From assembly GCA_951406725.2 (NCBI GenBank), contig OX597828.1, forward strand, positions 67,952,001-68,016,000: a DNA stretch of 64,000 nt, read 5' to 3'. The stretch's first letter is position 1, and every line of letters starts with the position of its first letter. The notes below the pieces were generated by a model. That model did not search any database. It saw only the letters and a program-made list of their open reading frames with translations, and was not told the origin of the DNA. The position numbers and the translations under genes are program-made. The stretch comes from Octopus vulgaris. Taxonomy: Eukaryota. Below, one piece after another: positions 1-12,859 of this stretch.

Positions 1-99
1 GATATATATGATTGCCTCCTCCTTTCAAGGCAGTGTCTTAACCTGTTCAAAGTCTGACTGAAAACCAGTAAATGAGTACATATGCTCTTATTGTTGTTA

Positions 100-240
100 A
101 GCTCAAATTCCACCGAGGTCAACTTTGCTTTCATCCTTTCGAAATCGATAAAATAAGTACAAAGTTGAGCACTGGGGTCGATGTGATTGACTTGCCCCTT
201 CCCCTAAAAAATTGCTGGCCTTGTACCAAAGTTCGAAATC
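100..240 (+). mobile_element. 5'-truncated tRNA-derived SINE (family A)
   Basis: Shares ttcaaattcc-ccgaggtcaactttgc-tttcatccttt-gataaaataagtac core with other copies. Confidence 0.75.
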
Positions 241-869
241 ATTATTATTGTTATTACTCATGCACATATACACACAAATATGAAATGGAACATTATCAGT
301 TTTATCCAACGCAATTCGATAAAACAAAAGTATTGATTAAATACTGGGGTTGATTTAATGGCCTATCTGCTCTCCTTGTATCTATGTTGGAAATGTTTTT
401 ATTATATGAAGAGTTGTAATACTGTCTCTGGATTTGAACCTGCGACGTAAAGGGCCGTTAAGTTCCATAATAAGCTACCTGGATACAGTACGTTGTACAT
501 AAGACTAATAAGTTGACACACATACACACGCGCGCACACACATTGCAAGACACGTACACACCTCTTTTCCTCGACCAATCACCGTTCGCTATTTCTGCAC
601 ACCTATTTTTCAGCCAATCAGAACATTGGGCATGATGACATTTTATTTTTGGACTAGTTCCCAAAATCAAACGGCAACAGCCGTCACCGCACACACGTGT
701 CCATTTAACAGAGACACTCACATACACACACACAAGTACAAGTTATTGTGTTGAACTTTATTACATCACACACTTGCTGAAACAAGTGTGTGTGACAGTT
801 TGACTGTTATTGTAAGCAGATGTATCTGACACTGGGTTCACAAAACAGTCCCAAACGAAGATGGGTTCT

Positions 870-1030
870 ATTGGTAAGCGCTCGACTTGCTAGAAATAGC
901 AGCTAAATTTCGCTCGACTAACACCTTATAATCTTAAAGAAACTGGAAAAACAGAAGATGGTCCAGAACTGGAACACCTTTAATCAAAGCATTGCTCAAC
1001 CAGTGCTGACATGGGACTAAATAACAAGTC
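870..1030 (+). repeat. Old dispersed repeat; other copies near 4720, 7400, 7920, 18610, 33160, 34850, 36170, 40020, 43860 and 45780
   Basis: Recurrent ctagaaatagcagc.aaat ... gatggtca..g.tggaa..cctttgatc ... ggg.taaacaac skeleton. Confidence 0.6.
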
Positions 1031-1973
1031 TCACAAACTCTCTCTTACAATGTTGAGGGGTAGACTTCATCTATCGCCCCTGCTTAACACCATCACCTGG
1101 TCTTTGGGTACCCTCAGCTAAGTCTACTCTGTTGCAAGCATTCGGGTCAGGTCGCTGCTTTGAGGACACCTCTCTCCCTGTAAAGGGTCAATGAGCACTA
1201 TCTTTCCCACACCCGCCACTTATATTCCCCCCAAACGCACACTAGCACATCCACAGAAACATACACTTACATTCAATAAAAGAAATATACATTCATAACA
1301 CACCCAGAGATATTTACATACGCTGTTTTAGCCTGAAAACAATTTATGTGTGTGTGTGTGTGTGTTAGTATAAAATTAATATATAGTTTTCTTATAAAGT
1401 TATGTTGTACAATAATTTTAAAATGTATTTTAAATATATTCTATAAACTTATTGTCAGAAAATAAAGAGAAAATATTTAGTTGAATGTTGTTTTGTGATG
1501 TATTTTCTTTCTTCTCCAATATTTTTTTAAGTTAAACAAATTTGAAATCCTTTGCTAAAATATTCTTCTTTCCGTTTTTCCCTCCGCCTTTTCCTTCTGT
1601 CTTCTTATTAATCTTTCTTTTCGTTTTTCTCTTTCTTTTCCCCTCATACTTCTATTAATCTTTCGTTTCGTTTGCTTTTCCCATTGCGCCCCATCTTCCA
1701 AATTCACCTCTTTCTTTCCCCCTTACACCTCGCTTATCATTCGTTTCGTTTCGGATTTTTCTTGTCCTTTTTATATTTCCCTTCGCCATCACTCATCTAT
1801 TTTTCCTTCTCTCCCTACTCCTTTCCATTTGTTCTTTTTCTTCTTTTTTTTCCTCATTTTCTTCCCGATTCTATTCGTCCTTGTCTTCCTCTTTCTCTCT
1901 TCTTCCTGTTTTCGCTTTTGTTAATCACGGTGGAAAAAAACAAACAACAACGAAATAACACACTGAAAAATAG

Positions 1974-2030
1974 AGCATTCTGATTGGCCAACATTGACCT
2001 CTCCCCCCTCCTTTACTCCGAGTTGCATCA
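1974..2030 (+). promoter_or_regulatory. Candidate distal promoter: inverted CCAAT box (CTGATTGGC) and C/EBP:ATF AARE-like site GTTGCATCA (2022-2030)
   Basis: Motif matches upstream of the candidate exon at 2346. Confidence 0.4.
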
Positions 2031-2345
2031 TCGGGTCATATGAATGCATTAACTTACTAACGCGAGCTGCCAAGATCAGCTGTAGCACTTGAGGAGAAGG
2101 AGGAGTAGAACGAAAGAAGGAGGTGGAGGAAGTGGAGAAGGAAAAAGCCAAAGAAATAGAAGAACGAGTCAAAGGGGGAAAGTTGCATTTAGTGGTTTAG
2201 CCGTCACCCGAACTGTGATCCTGAATCTCTCCACCACTAGACATTTGATTACCACCATTATTTCTTTATTATCATTATTATTTGTAGTATTATTAGTTTT
2301 ATTAACGTTAATTCCATTTTCTTTCACTGTCAACGACCAATTTTA

Positions 2346-2411
2346 ATGGGACTCTCATTCAAAAGCCCAGAACACAAACGTGTAACATCCCGCGTCACTG
2401 CAATGATTGAT
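2346..2411 (+). CDS. Candidate distal alternative first coding exon of Sestrin, MGLSFKSPEHKRVTSRVTAMID
   Basis: ATG open for 22 codons to GAT|GTAAGT (perfect donor, phase 0). Lies downstream of a CCAAT+AARE region in repeat-free sequence. The link to Sestrin is inferred. Confidence 0.5.
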
Positions 2412-2769
2412 GTAAGTCACACACTTGTTTTCTCTCTCTCTCCTCTTTTAAATAATAATAATAACAATAATAATAATAATAGTAATAATACCGACGATGA
2501 TAATTCATAATAATAACAATTATCCTTTCAAACATAGACAAACAACGGCCACAGATTTTTATTGTAGGGTGAAGAAGAACGGGTGGTGTTCGGGTACTTC
2601 AGCATATCCTCGAAGTCCTGGATACAACAGGCTGATTATAATAATGAGAGAAAAAATAATAATAATAACAGTAATAATACGTATTTCTTTCATGGATACA
2701 ATACCTGAGATATATATTATAATTTGACTAGAGAAATGAGATTGTGACATATTTCTTTTTCTTCTTCAG

Positions 2770-2781
2770 GACATTAGCAAC
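2770..2781 (+). CDS. Candidate 12-nt microexon DISN
   Basis: tttctttttcttcttcag|GACATTAGCAAC|gtatgt, phase 0-0. Confidence 0.4.
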
Positions 2782-3499
2782 GTATGTGAAGGGAAATTGC
2801 TACTACAGGGAATCGAAACCGGGTCGCGGACTAGGCTCGCGGAAAAATAACCATCTCTCCTTTAATAATAATAAAAATTCTTCCCTTCCTTCCTTCTTCA
2901 TTCATTCACTCCATATTTTCTGCTATTGCCATTGTTTTCTTCGTGTTCTTTTCGGCTATAAATTCCATTTAAAACGTGGATTTCTTTTATAGGTTTATTA
3001 AAATCTACCCCGAGGTAATCCTTATCCACCCTTTCAAAGAATGATAAACATATTCAATTTCACTCTTCTCTTTTGTGTTGCTAATATCCTAAGTGAAAAG
3101 TATGTATGTCACATAATCTCATCAGCCCACCATCTCTTCCGATATAATAAATCCGTGGCCATCACAATAAATAAATAAATATTAATTCATTATTTTAAAT
3201 CAGCGACACATGTTCTCATTTTGTTCATGGACCTTTCACCCTCGATTTTTCAAACTTCTCATAGAAACATATCACTAATGTCGCCGAAAAAAAAAGGCCT
3301 GTATACCACAGTGAAGTGCCAATCGACTTCTCCACATTCTACAAGTAAATCTCGGGCACTGATTTCAGTCCAAATCCGTCATGTTGGACATCATTCCTTG
3401 TCCATTTATTTCAAGTTGGCATCACTGACAAGGAACGGACACGAAAAACCTAAGTCTCTTCTCATCGAATGGCACTTCAAAGATTCGTCTCCTTTAATA

Positions 3500-4564
3500 T
3501 ACATATTTTATACATATATAGCATGTGTATATGTATACATGTATGTGTATATACGTATGCATGTACATCTATGTATATAGATGTACATGCGTGTATATAT
3601 ATATATGTATATAGCTATGAATATATGTACGTATGTATGCATATATATGTGTGTATGTATATGTACGTATATATGTATATATATGTGTGTATGTATATAT
3701 ATATATGTATGCACATATATATATGCATGTATATATACATGTTTGCATGTGTATATATATGCATTCATGTATATGTATGCATGCATGTATAAAGATATGC
3801 ATATTATATATATATATAAGTGGCTTGTTAGTAATTTAACAACATAAAGGCATATTTTAAACGTCACTACATAGGTATATATCTATGTATATGTATGCAT
3901 GTGTATATGTATATATATATGCATCTATATATGTATATGCATGCATGCGTGTATATATATATATGAATGTATGTATACGTAAATATGCATGTGTATAAGT
4001 ATATAAACATGCATGTATATATGCATCTATATGTATATATGCATGTACATGTATATATATGCATATGCATGTATATATTGTATGCATATATGTATATGTA
4101 TGCATGTATATATATATATTCATGTATGTATATATACACGCAAGCATGAATGTATGTGTGTATATATATATGCGTGCATGTATTTATATATGCATATATA
4201 TATATACACTCATGTATATATTTGCATGCATATATATATATATATGCATATTCACATGTATATATATGTGCATATATACATTTATATATATACGCATATA
4301 TATTATATATGTGTGTATATATATGTATGTGTGTATATATATGTATGCATGTATATATGTGTGTGTATATATGCATGTATATATGTGTGTATATATATAT
4401 ATGCATGTATATATGTATGTATGCACGTATGCATGTATATATATATGTATGCACGTATGTGTGTATATATATATATGTATGCCTGTATATATGAGTATAT
4501 ATTTATGCATGTATATATGCGTATATATATGTGTATATACATGCATGTATATATGTATATACAT

Positions 4565-4595
<31 letters not shown>

Positions 4596-4680
4596 CATAT
4601 TCATGCATATGCATGGATGTACATATGTTTGGTTTCTATGTATATATACACCCGTGTATATGCATATGTATGTGTGTAAC
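3500..4680. repeat. Compound (TA)/(TG)/ATGCAT microsatellite
   Basis: Alternating purine-pyrimidine tract; source of the Y/I/M/C/V/H/T ORFs. Confidence 0.95.
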
Positions 4681-4999
4681 CCTAAATCACTTTTAACATA
4701 TCTTGGAATAAAGAAGACTAGTATGCTAGAAATAACAGCAAAGTTTTCGGTAAACGTCTCTTTACTATCTGGAAAAAGAATAGGATCACATTGGAAATTT
4801 TAATGCATGATATAATCACAAAGGTGGAATGGTCATGGTTGGAACACCTTTGATCTTAGAGTACGTTCGTTAAGTGTAAATCTCGAGCTTAATCAGTTCT
4901 GTGATATTGTATTCATGCAGTTAAATACACGTGCATGTACGTTATGTATAGGTAGAAAAATGTCGAGTCCTTTATATAAATATCTATATATATATATAT

Positions 5000-5414
5000 G
5001 GATCTTTTCGGTTTGACCGGCAGTTTTTAAAAATAATTTCCACGTAACTAAACACTTTTAAACTTCGTATACTGGTAGAATGTGTTTATAAAACATCTTT
5101 TTCTCTTGGCTTTATTGAGAAAATTCTATGGTTTATAAGATATTTGTTGGGGGGTGGGGGGTTCTGTAATTTCAACCAATCAATGACGTCTATTGAGGTT
5201 AAAAGCATTCTGTGCCGTATGAATATGTCCCTCGTTTAAGAAACAGATTGGGTTTATTTACATTTCTGAAGAAAAAAAGATACCCTTCCCTCCACCCTTA
5301 ACCCTAACCCTAAAACAGATTGAAATGCAATAGATAGATTCTAGGGTTGTAATTATGGGTGACAATTTCATATGACACCGCTAGAAAAAACTGCCGTTCA
5401 AACCGAAAAGATCC
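5000..5414. mobile_element. MITE with 29-bp TIRs (GGATCTTTTCGGTTTGA.CGGCAGTTTTT) in a (TA)n site; internal CCCTAA repeats
   Basis: TIRs at 5000-5028 and 5386-5414, one mismatch. Confidence 0.85.
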
Positions 5415-5940
5415 TATATATAAATATACAACTTACCATGCGCATATATAACACACATATATATATATATATAGACACACTTTATTATTCTCATATATAT
5501 TTATACATCCACACACCCTGGCTGCTTCCTTTCTTGAAAACCACCTTAAGCCGCCGGTCTTCTCTCTCACCTACAGCTGTTTCTCCCACCACTTCTCTTT
5601 CTCTCTCTTATGTTTTACTATATCTATTCTCCTTCTATCTCTTTCTTTCTCTCGTCTCTTTCATTCTCTCTGTTTCAACTCTTTCTCGCTTTATTTCCTT
5701 CCTTTTTACTCGCCGTCTTCCTTTTTTTTCTCTCTCTTTCCCCCCTCCCCATATAATCTTTCTCTTTTTTTTCTCTACATTGTTTCTTTCTACCTCTTCC
5801 TCTCTTCCCTTTCATTACTTTTCCTCTTCTCTTTCTATTTCCTATTTCTCCCTCTGTATTTCACTCGTCTGTTTTTCATTACGCTCTCTCTCTTTCCGTC
5901 CGTCTCCCCTCTCTCTCTCTCCTTCTCTGTACGAAATAAG

Positions 5941-6242
5941 GGTACTACTTGCGAACAGTGGTCCCGGTGCGCGCGCTCGCGTACCCGCGCATCCGCGCCA
6001 GCTAGTCATGACTAGTCGATCCTCTGTGTTTTTGTGTTATTTACTTTGTTTAAAGAATTATTTACGTTGTGTTTTTGTGTTTTACTTACTTTGTTGTTTA
6101 GCAAAAATTATATACTTTGTGTAAAAAAAATGATTTATTTTGTGTCTTATTTACCTTGCTAGGGGTAGTCGTTGTAGGATCGACTACTTACGACTAGCTA
6201 GCGCGTGTGCGCGCACCGGGACCACTGTTCGCTAGTAGTACC
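5941..6242. mobile_element. MITE with GC-rich TIRs and perfect 9-bp TSD CGAAATAAG (MULE- or Merlin-like)
   Basis: GGTACTAC.TGCGAACAGTGGTCCCGGTGCGCGC and its inverse; TSD at 5932-5940 and 6243-6251. Confidence 0.9.
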
Positions 6243-8499
6243 CGAAATAAGTGTCACCGACGAAAGTTTTGATGATATATTTATTTAAAACATGTCGAAG
6301 AAAGATTGTTTATAGTTTCGGCAAACTTTTTTTTTTTTTGTCTTAAATAACCTTTTGATAAATTTGACAAAATTTGATTTTCAAAGTTGTTGCTAAAGAA
6401 TAAAACCCTTTTCCTTAGCTACCCCTCCAGTGCCTCGCTCCCTTTTTCACATCATCATCATCATCATTATTATTATTTGTTTCAGTTACATTTTTTTTCC
6501 CCTTTCACCTACCCCGAGTTTCCTTCTTTTTTTAACCCCCCGCCCCTGTTCTCTATTTCTCTTTTCTTTCTTTCCCTCTTCTTTCTATCCCACTTGCCCC
6601 ATCACTCTCAATAACCACCACCTCTTTCCTACCCGTTCAACCGTCCTTTCTCTATAAAGCCTCTTTTATACCAGCTCACTTTTACTCCCTCTCTCACCAT
6701 TCTTACCTTCTCTCTCTCCACCATCTCTTCACTCTTATTCTCTTCTTTCAAGACTCTTCCAGTCCCACTCGGCTCTAATATCACCAGTTTCACCCCTGCT
6801 TTTGTAATCTACCCATACCCAACAGTTCTTCTATTATCTTCCTTCCTTTCTTTCCTTTCTAATCTCTGTTTCCTATTAATTGTCATCACACATTTCAATT
6901 TCTTCAGTTTTCTTCCGGCTTTCATCTCATTCTCAAAACTTTTTCCTGTCATTCGATTCTTCTTATTCTCATTTTTTTCTCTCTCTCTCCTTTCATCGAC
7001 CCTCATTTTGTTCATGCATTCATTTTATTAAGATTTTCTTTTCAATGCAATTCATTTTATTGCTTCTGAAAAATTTAATCAACATTTATTTTTTCTCGTA
7101 CGATGCAAAAAAATAAATAAACGATTTCATTCTCACCTGGATATGAAAACTTTGACAAAATGAGAAAACTTGATGTTGAAGGCCTTCATTCAACGTTGAA
7201 TGTGAAACTATTTATTTGGTGTTCATTTCTTACTTTCTAAGCAACAATAAAGTAACGCAAGTCAAGTGAAAAGAAATTAGTTTTTCCCTTCCATATGGGA
7301 ATCGAAACCGAATCGCCAACTTTGCTTACCGGAAACTTAGCTTTTTCATAGTTTGAAAGAAGCCCCAATGTTTTCTCTTTTCGCTTCGTAATTCAGATGA
7401 GCTTTGATCAACAGCCTTCCCGTTGTGAACATCCTGCTTATTAAGAGAGTATACATTATCTTGTGTTTAAGATGATAGAGTGTGAGAAGATATTTGGTTG
7501 TTGTTTCTAGCTGATTAAGAGTTCACATAGTGGCTCACTCGTTGGTTCAAACTGTCTCAAACTTGAGGGTTTGTAAACATTTCACATCAATCCTTCGACA
7601 TTGCTTGATGTCGTTGAGAAAGGGCATGAATGCCACATATTCATTTACCGCCGCCTTCCTAATTTCAGACGGTAATGGCTCTCGCTGAAGTAGTAAAAAG
7701 TTTAACTTTCAGTAAAATTACTTACATAGACCAGCACCTTCTATTCAAAATAGAATTTATGGCCCTTTTTTTTATTATTTGAAAGGTTTTAAAAGCCAAT
7801 CAATCTAAAAGTGGTAAAATAGATTCTATGTCAGCCGAATGAATGAGAAATTGTGTCCCACCCTTCCTCCGTCCAGAACTCGAACACTTCCCAAAATCCC
7901 AAACAAGTTGCTGAACACTAAGTTCAGCCCTAAAGGAGCAGGTCTCTGATTAGAGGTGCTCCAATCGTTACCATTCTGTCATAGGGTACCGCATCCTACT
8001 TTACCCACTTATCCTCTCCGCTTTAAGATGGTAAGATGTGATTTGAGGGAGAATTGCCGGCTGTTTTTACTAGGTTAGGCGACCTCTTATAAGCTGAATA
8101 ATCTGACAGGAAGGCCTGGAATAAGGTGGCCGCAATGAGTACCTTGTTCTTTGATACTCTGAGAGAACACAGGTGAAAACAAGAAAAGTGGGGAGGGGGA
8201 ATTTTTAGCTTCTTATCTTAATTTTTCGTCGTACCATATTGCCCCCTTTTCTGTTTGCACCTGTTAACCTTTTTCATTCGTTTTTCTGAGATAGTTTAAT
8301 TTCACCAAACCGTTGCAAATAACAATCTCTCTCTCTCTCTCTCTCTCTCTCGCTCGCTGTACACATATATTGACTCTTTCACTGTTAAATTCTGCCCATT
8401 CTCCCTTAATACTTTCGTAATTTTTCTTTCTCTCTTCCTCCCATTCAATACCAACAAACCTATTTCGTCTTGTTTCTTCTTCCCATTCAATACATATGT

Positions 8500-8537
8500 T
8501 CCTGTATGTGTGTGTGTGTATGTATGTATGTATATAA

Positions 8538-8575
<38 letters not shown>

Positions 8576-8590
8576 ACGTATGTATGTATG

Positions 8591-8623
<33 letters not shown>

Positions 8624-8852
8624 ATATATATATATATATGTATGTGTATATATATATGTGTGTGTATATATATGTGTGTGTGTGTGTACGTATGTATATA
8701 TATATATGTGTGTGTACGTATGTATATATATATATATGTGTATGTATGTGTAAGTACCAGTTACGGACTGGGGTCGATGTAATCGACTTAATCCGTTTGT
8801 CTGTCCTCGTTTGTCCCCTCTGTGTTTAGCCCCTTGTGGGTAGTAAAGAAAT
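8500..8852 (+). mobile_element. Microsatellite followed by the 3' half of SINE family A (8750-8852)
   Basis: taagtaccagttac...agccccttgtgggtagtaaagaaata tail. Confidence 0.75.
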
Positions 8853-8961
8853 ATATATATAATGTTGCTGTATTTTCTTTCTTTCTAACACCGGTTTTTA
8901 TTCTCTCACCTTCAAAATCGGTTAGCTTCTCATCCCTTAACTCCCCACCTCTGTTTCAGCC

Positions 8962-9025
<64 letters not shown>

Positions 9026-10009
9026 CACCCTCGAACACCTTGGCTCTATCTTCTCTCTCTCCGTTCCGGAAAATTCTCTCTTCTTTCATTCATACAACAA
9101 CCGGCAAAATCTCACCCTCTCACAAGTCGCAGTACTTCTGTCTCCACTCACAGTACCCCTCTCTCTCCTCTCTCTCTCTCCTATACCCCTATACATTCTT
9201 CTTTTCCTTTTTTTTTCACTACAAATGATTTCTTTTCCTTTTTTCCTCTCTCTCTCTATACAAACTTCTCACCCCCAACTTCCCATCCACCATAACATAT
9301 TTAAAACATCTCTAATCCATATTTTCTCTACCTGATCTCTCCTACATTTCTCATTTAGCCAACTGACATCTCTCACCCTCACTCTCTATCCATTTTATTC
9401 TCTACCGGCTTCTCCCATGCTCTATCTACCGGCATCTCTCTCTCTCTCTCTCTCTCTCATTCTTCTAGTGATATTCCACTGACAAAATATACTTTTATCA
9501 TATCTGTCTCTCACTCCCTTCCTTTCTCTACCGTCATGTTCCCCCCATTCTCTTTCTCTCTCTTGCCTCACCCTGTCTCTATTTCTCCCCTTCTGTCGCC
9601 ACCCCTCTATATAACTCATCCTCTCTCTTTCTATTATGTCCCCCTCTCTCTGTATCTCTTTCATCCCCTCTCCTCCTCACATTTATGATAAACGAACTCC
9701 AATGGAAAATTTCCAGTCTCTTAAAACATTATAAACTTTTCTTCTGCTGCTGCTTCTCTTCTTTAAACATCTCAGAATAAACATTTTGTCAAACTTCTTA
9801 TCAAACAATTAGCCTTATCAAGCCTTTTCCTTTCTTTCTTTTTGTCTCTCTTTCTCTTCCTTCTTATAGAGGCACGACAAGATCTTATAGGGTTCGAATT
9901 TCGGCTGCAGTAATTTCTATTCGTTTTGATTTTCACAATCTCGGTTTTCCTCGCTACCCTCTCCCTCTTTCTTACATACAGTCGATCGACCAGCAAAGTC
10001 CACATACAC

Positions 10010-10058
10010 ACACAATATATATATATACATACACATACATACATACATATATACATAC

Positions 10059-10096
<38 letters not shown>

Positions 10097-10453
10097 GCAT
10101 ATACATACATATATATATATATATATGCATATACATACATACATATATATATATACATGCATATACATACATACATATATATACATGCATATACATACAT
10201 ACACATATATATATACATATATATATATATATACATGCATATACATATATATATATACATGCATATACATACATATATATATACATGCATATACATACAT
10301 ACATACATATATATACATGCATATACATACATATATACATATATACATGCATATACATACATATATATATATATATACATGCATATACATATACATATAT
10401 ATATATACATGCATATACATATATATATGCATATACATACATATATATACATG

Positions 10454-10517
<64 letters not shown>

Positions 10518-10661
10518 TAAAGAGAGAGACGTGTTCATTCGTAGATTATTATAGTTGTTGGTCCTTATTTAGGGTTCTTTGATTAGTTTTAATTAATAAA
10601 CAGCGATTTCTGTGGAATCTTATCAAGTTTTCTTTCCCCTCTTTGTTTCCTTCCCAAACTC

Positions 10662-10692
<31 letters not shown>

Positions 10693-10882
10693 CTCTTTCT
10701 TGTCTTCCTCTGCATATAACACTTATTCATTCTGCTGTGTCTGCAACTCTTTCCCGCTGACCTCATTCGTGCACCCCCCCCCCCCAATCATCCTTTCTTC
10801 AGGAAAAACCTATCAACGTCACAAACATTCCTGGTTCACCTTTTATTAAACCCCCGGCATCATTATATACACACATACATAC

Positions 10883-10958
<76 letters not shown>

Positions 10959-11192
10959 GTTTGTATGTGTGTGTGTGTATATATATATATATGTATATAT
11001 ATATATGTGTGTGTGTATATATATGTATAAGTATATAGGATCTTTTATGTATATATGTGTGTGTGTATATATATGTATAAATATATATATGTTTGTGTAT
11101 ATATATATATATATATCTACATATATATGTAGATATATGTGTATGTATGTATATATATATATGTATATATATATATGGATATATATACATAC

Positions 11193-11223
<31 letters not shown>

Positions 11224-11265
11224 TTTACACACACATATATATATATATATGTGTGTGTATATATA
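10010..11265. repeat. Two compound (TA)/(CA)/(TG) microsatellite blocks
   Basis: Direct inspection: 10010-10518 and 10865-11265. Confidence 0.95.
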
Positions 11266-12041
11266 TGAAGGAACTGTTAATCTTTTCGGTCACGTATCTT
11301 ATTGTCTTTTCTCTTTTCCACCTCTCCTCCCCCCTCTCCTCTCTCTCCCCCTCTCCCTCTGTGTTACATGTATTAACGTATATATACATATGCATTTCTC
11401 CACTGCTTGTTTGTTTGTATGTGTGTATGTATGTATAGGTCTATATATGCTTGTATTATGTCTACTGCTTCTCTCTGTATACGTGTGTCTATTTCTCTCC
11501 TGTTTCCGTCTGATTGTGTGTGTGTCTGTGTGTGCATGTGTATGTATGTGTATACCGTTACCATATGTGTGTGTATGTACATGCTGTTTCTATGCGTGAC
11601 TGTGACACCGACCACAATGACGGTATGAATGTACCAGAACAGCTGATATTTATAACCACCACAGTTGAACTACCCTCCCTTTACTCCTCTCTCTCTCTCC
11701 TCCCCTTCTTCCCTTCTCTCTCATCTTCTTCACTTCTCTCTTCTCTCTCTTTTCTTCTCCAGCCGGCTTTTTCCTATCACACCATACATTGACGCCGTTC
11801 CACTCCCCGTGACCCTATATTTTCCCCTAACATTTTTTTTTACAATTCTCTACTTACATTTGAAAAAAAAATCCTTTTTATATATTTCTAAACTGAAACC
11901 ATTCAAGCGAGATTGATTTTTTTTGGTTACTGGATAGATATTATGTGTATCCACTTGCGTATATGTAGAGTGTGTGTGTATAGAACGATATGTGTTTAGA
12001 ATAGTGTCGATAAAGTGCGTATATATCTATTTATGTGTGTG

Positions 12042-12072
<31 letters not shown>

Positions 12073-12134
12073 TGGTAAAAACGGTAAGATAACAAAAGAA
12101 AGAAAGAGACCTCAATATTATGTAAATAGAGGAA

Positions 12135-12173
<39 letters not shown>

Positions 12174-12859
12174 TATACGCACTTTATATATTGTATATGT
12201 ATATATATAAATAAATATATACGCACTTTATATATGTGTATGTATGTATGTATATATATATATATAAATTTGTATATAACGATATGAGTGTGGATAAGTG
12301 TCGGTAAAGTGCGTGAAGTGATAGCACTGTGTAATTTTGTTAAATTGTTGTGTGGTTGACACAGATATGAAATACTTTGGAAGAATAAATCAAATTTTAA
12401 ACTTTCAATGAATATTTATTCTCTCACACAATGCCATGTAAGTCTGAACTTACTGTGTACGTATGTCGGTTATTTATCGGATCAGCTGTCAAGTAAAACA
12501 GGCAGAGGTGTATATAGTGCCCTGTTGAAAATGCAGTACAGACAGGAGACAGTAGACAAAGTTTAAACTTCTCATTGGATAATATCCCTGAAACCTGTCA
12601 GGGAGACTTTTCTATTTCTTATATCGGTTTATGTTCTCTACCAGTACTGAAGATTAGTTGTAACACACATCCATAAAGTGTCTACGTTTAGAAACCATGT
12701 TTACTTCCTTCAGTTCCAATATATACAAGTTAAGAAGTGGTAGTGTTAGCCATCGACATTTTTTTTCTCTGAAGACGTTTAAAAAACCTAGATTTCTTTG
12801 CTACTGGTGTTGATATCTTATTTAAAAGAGGTATCTGCATGATATCTATTCAGTAACCA

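Noticed and set aside
2346-2366. N-myristoylation signal MGLSFKS
   Set aside because: Position 6 is Lys rather than the preferred Ser/Thr; too weak to claim
2568-2709. Exon GEEERVVFGYF... after the distal first exon
   Set aside because: No phase-0 donor; runs into an (AAT)n repeat and a stop
5293-5313. Interstitial telomere or fusion scar
   Set aside because: Only about three hexamers, and they lie inside a TIR-bounded MITE
5372-6124. 250-aa hydrophobic ORF (likewise 41711-42448 and 1672-1983)
   Set aside because: CT-rich low complexity and MITE ends; no domain or exon structure
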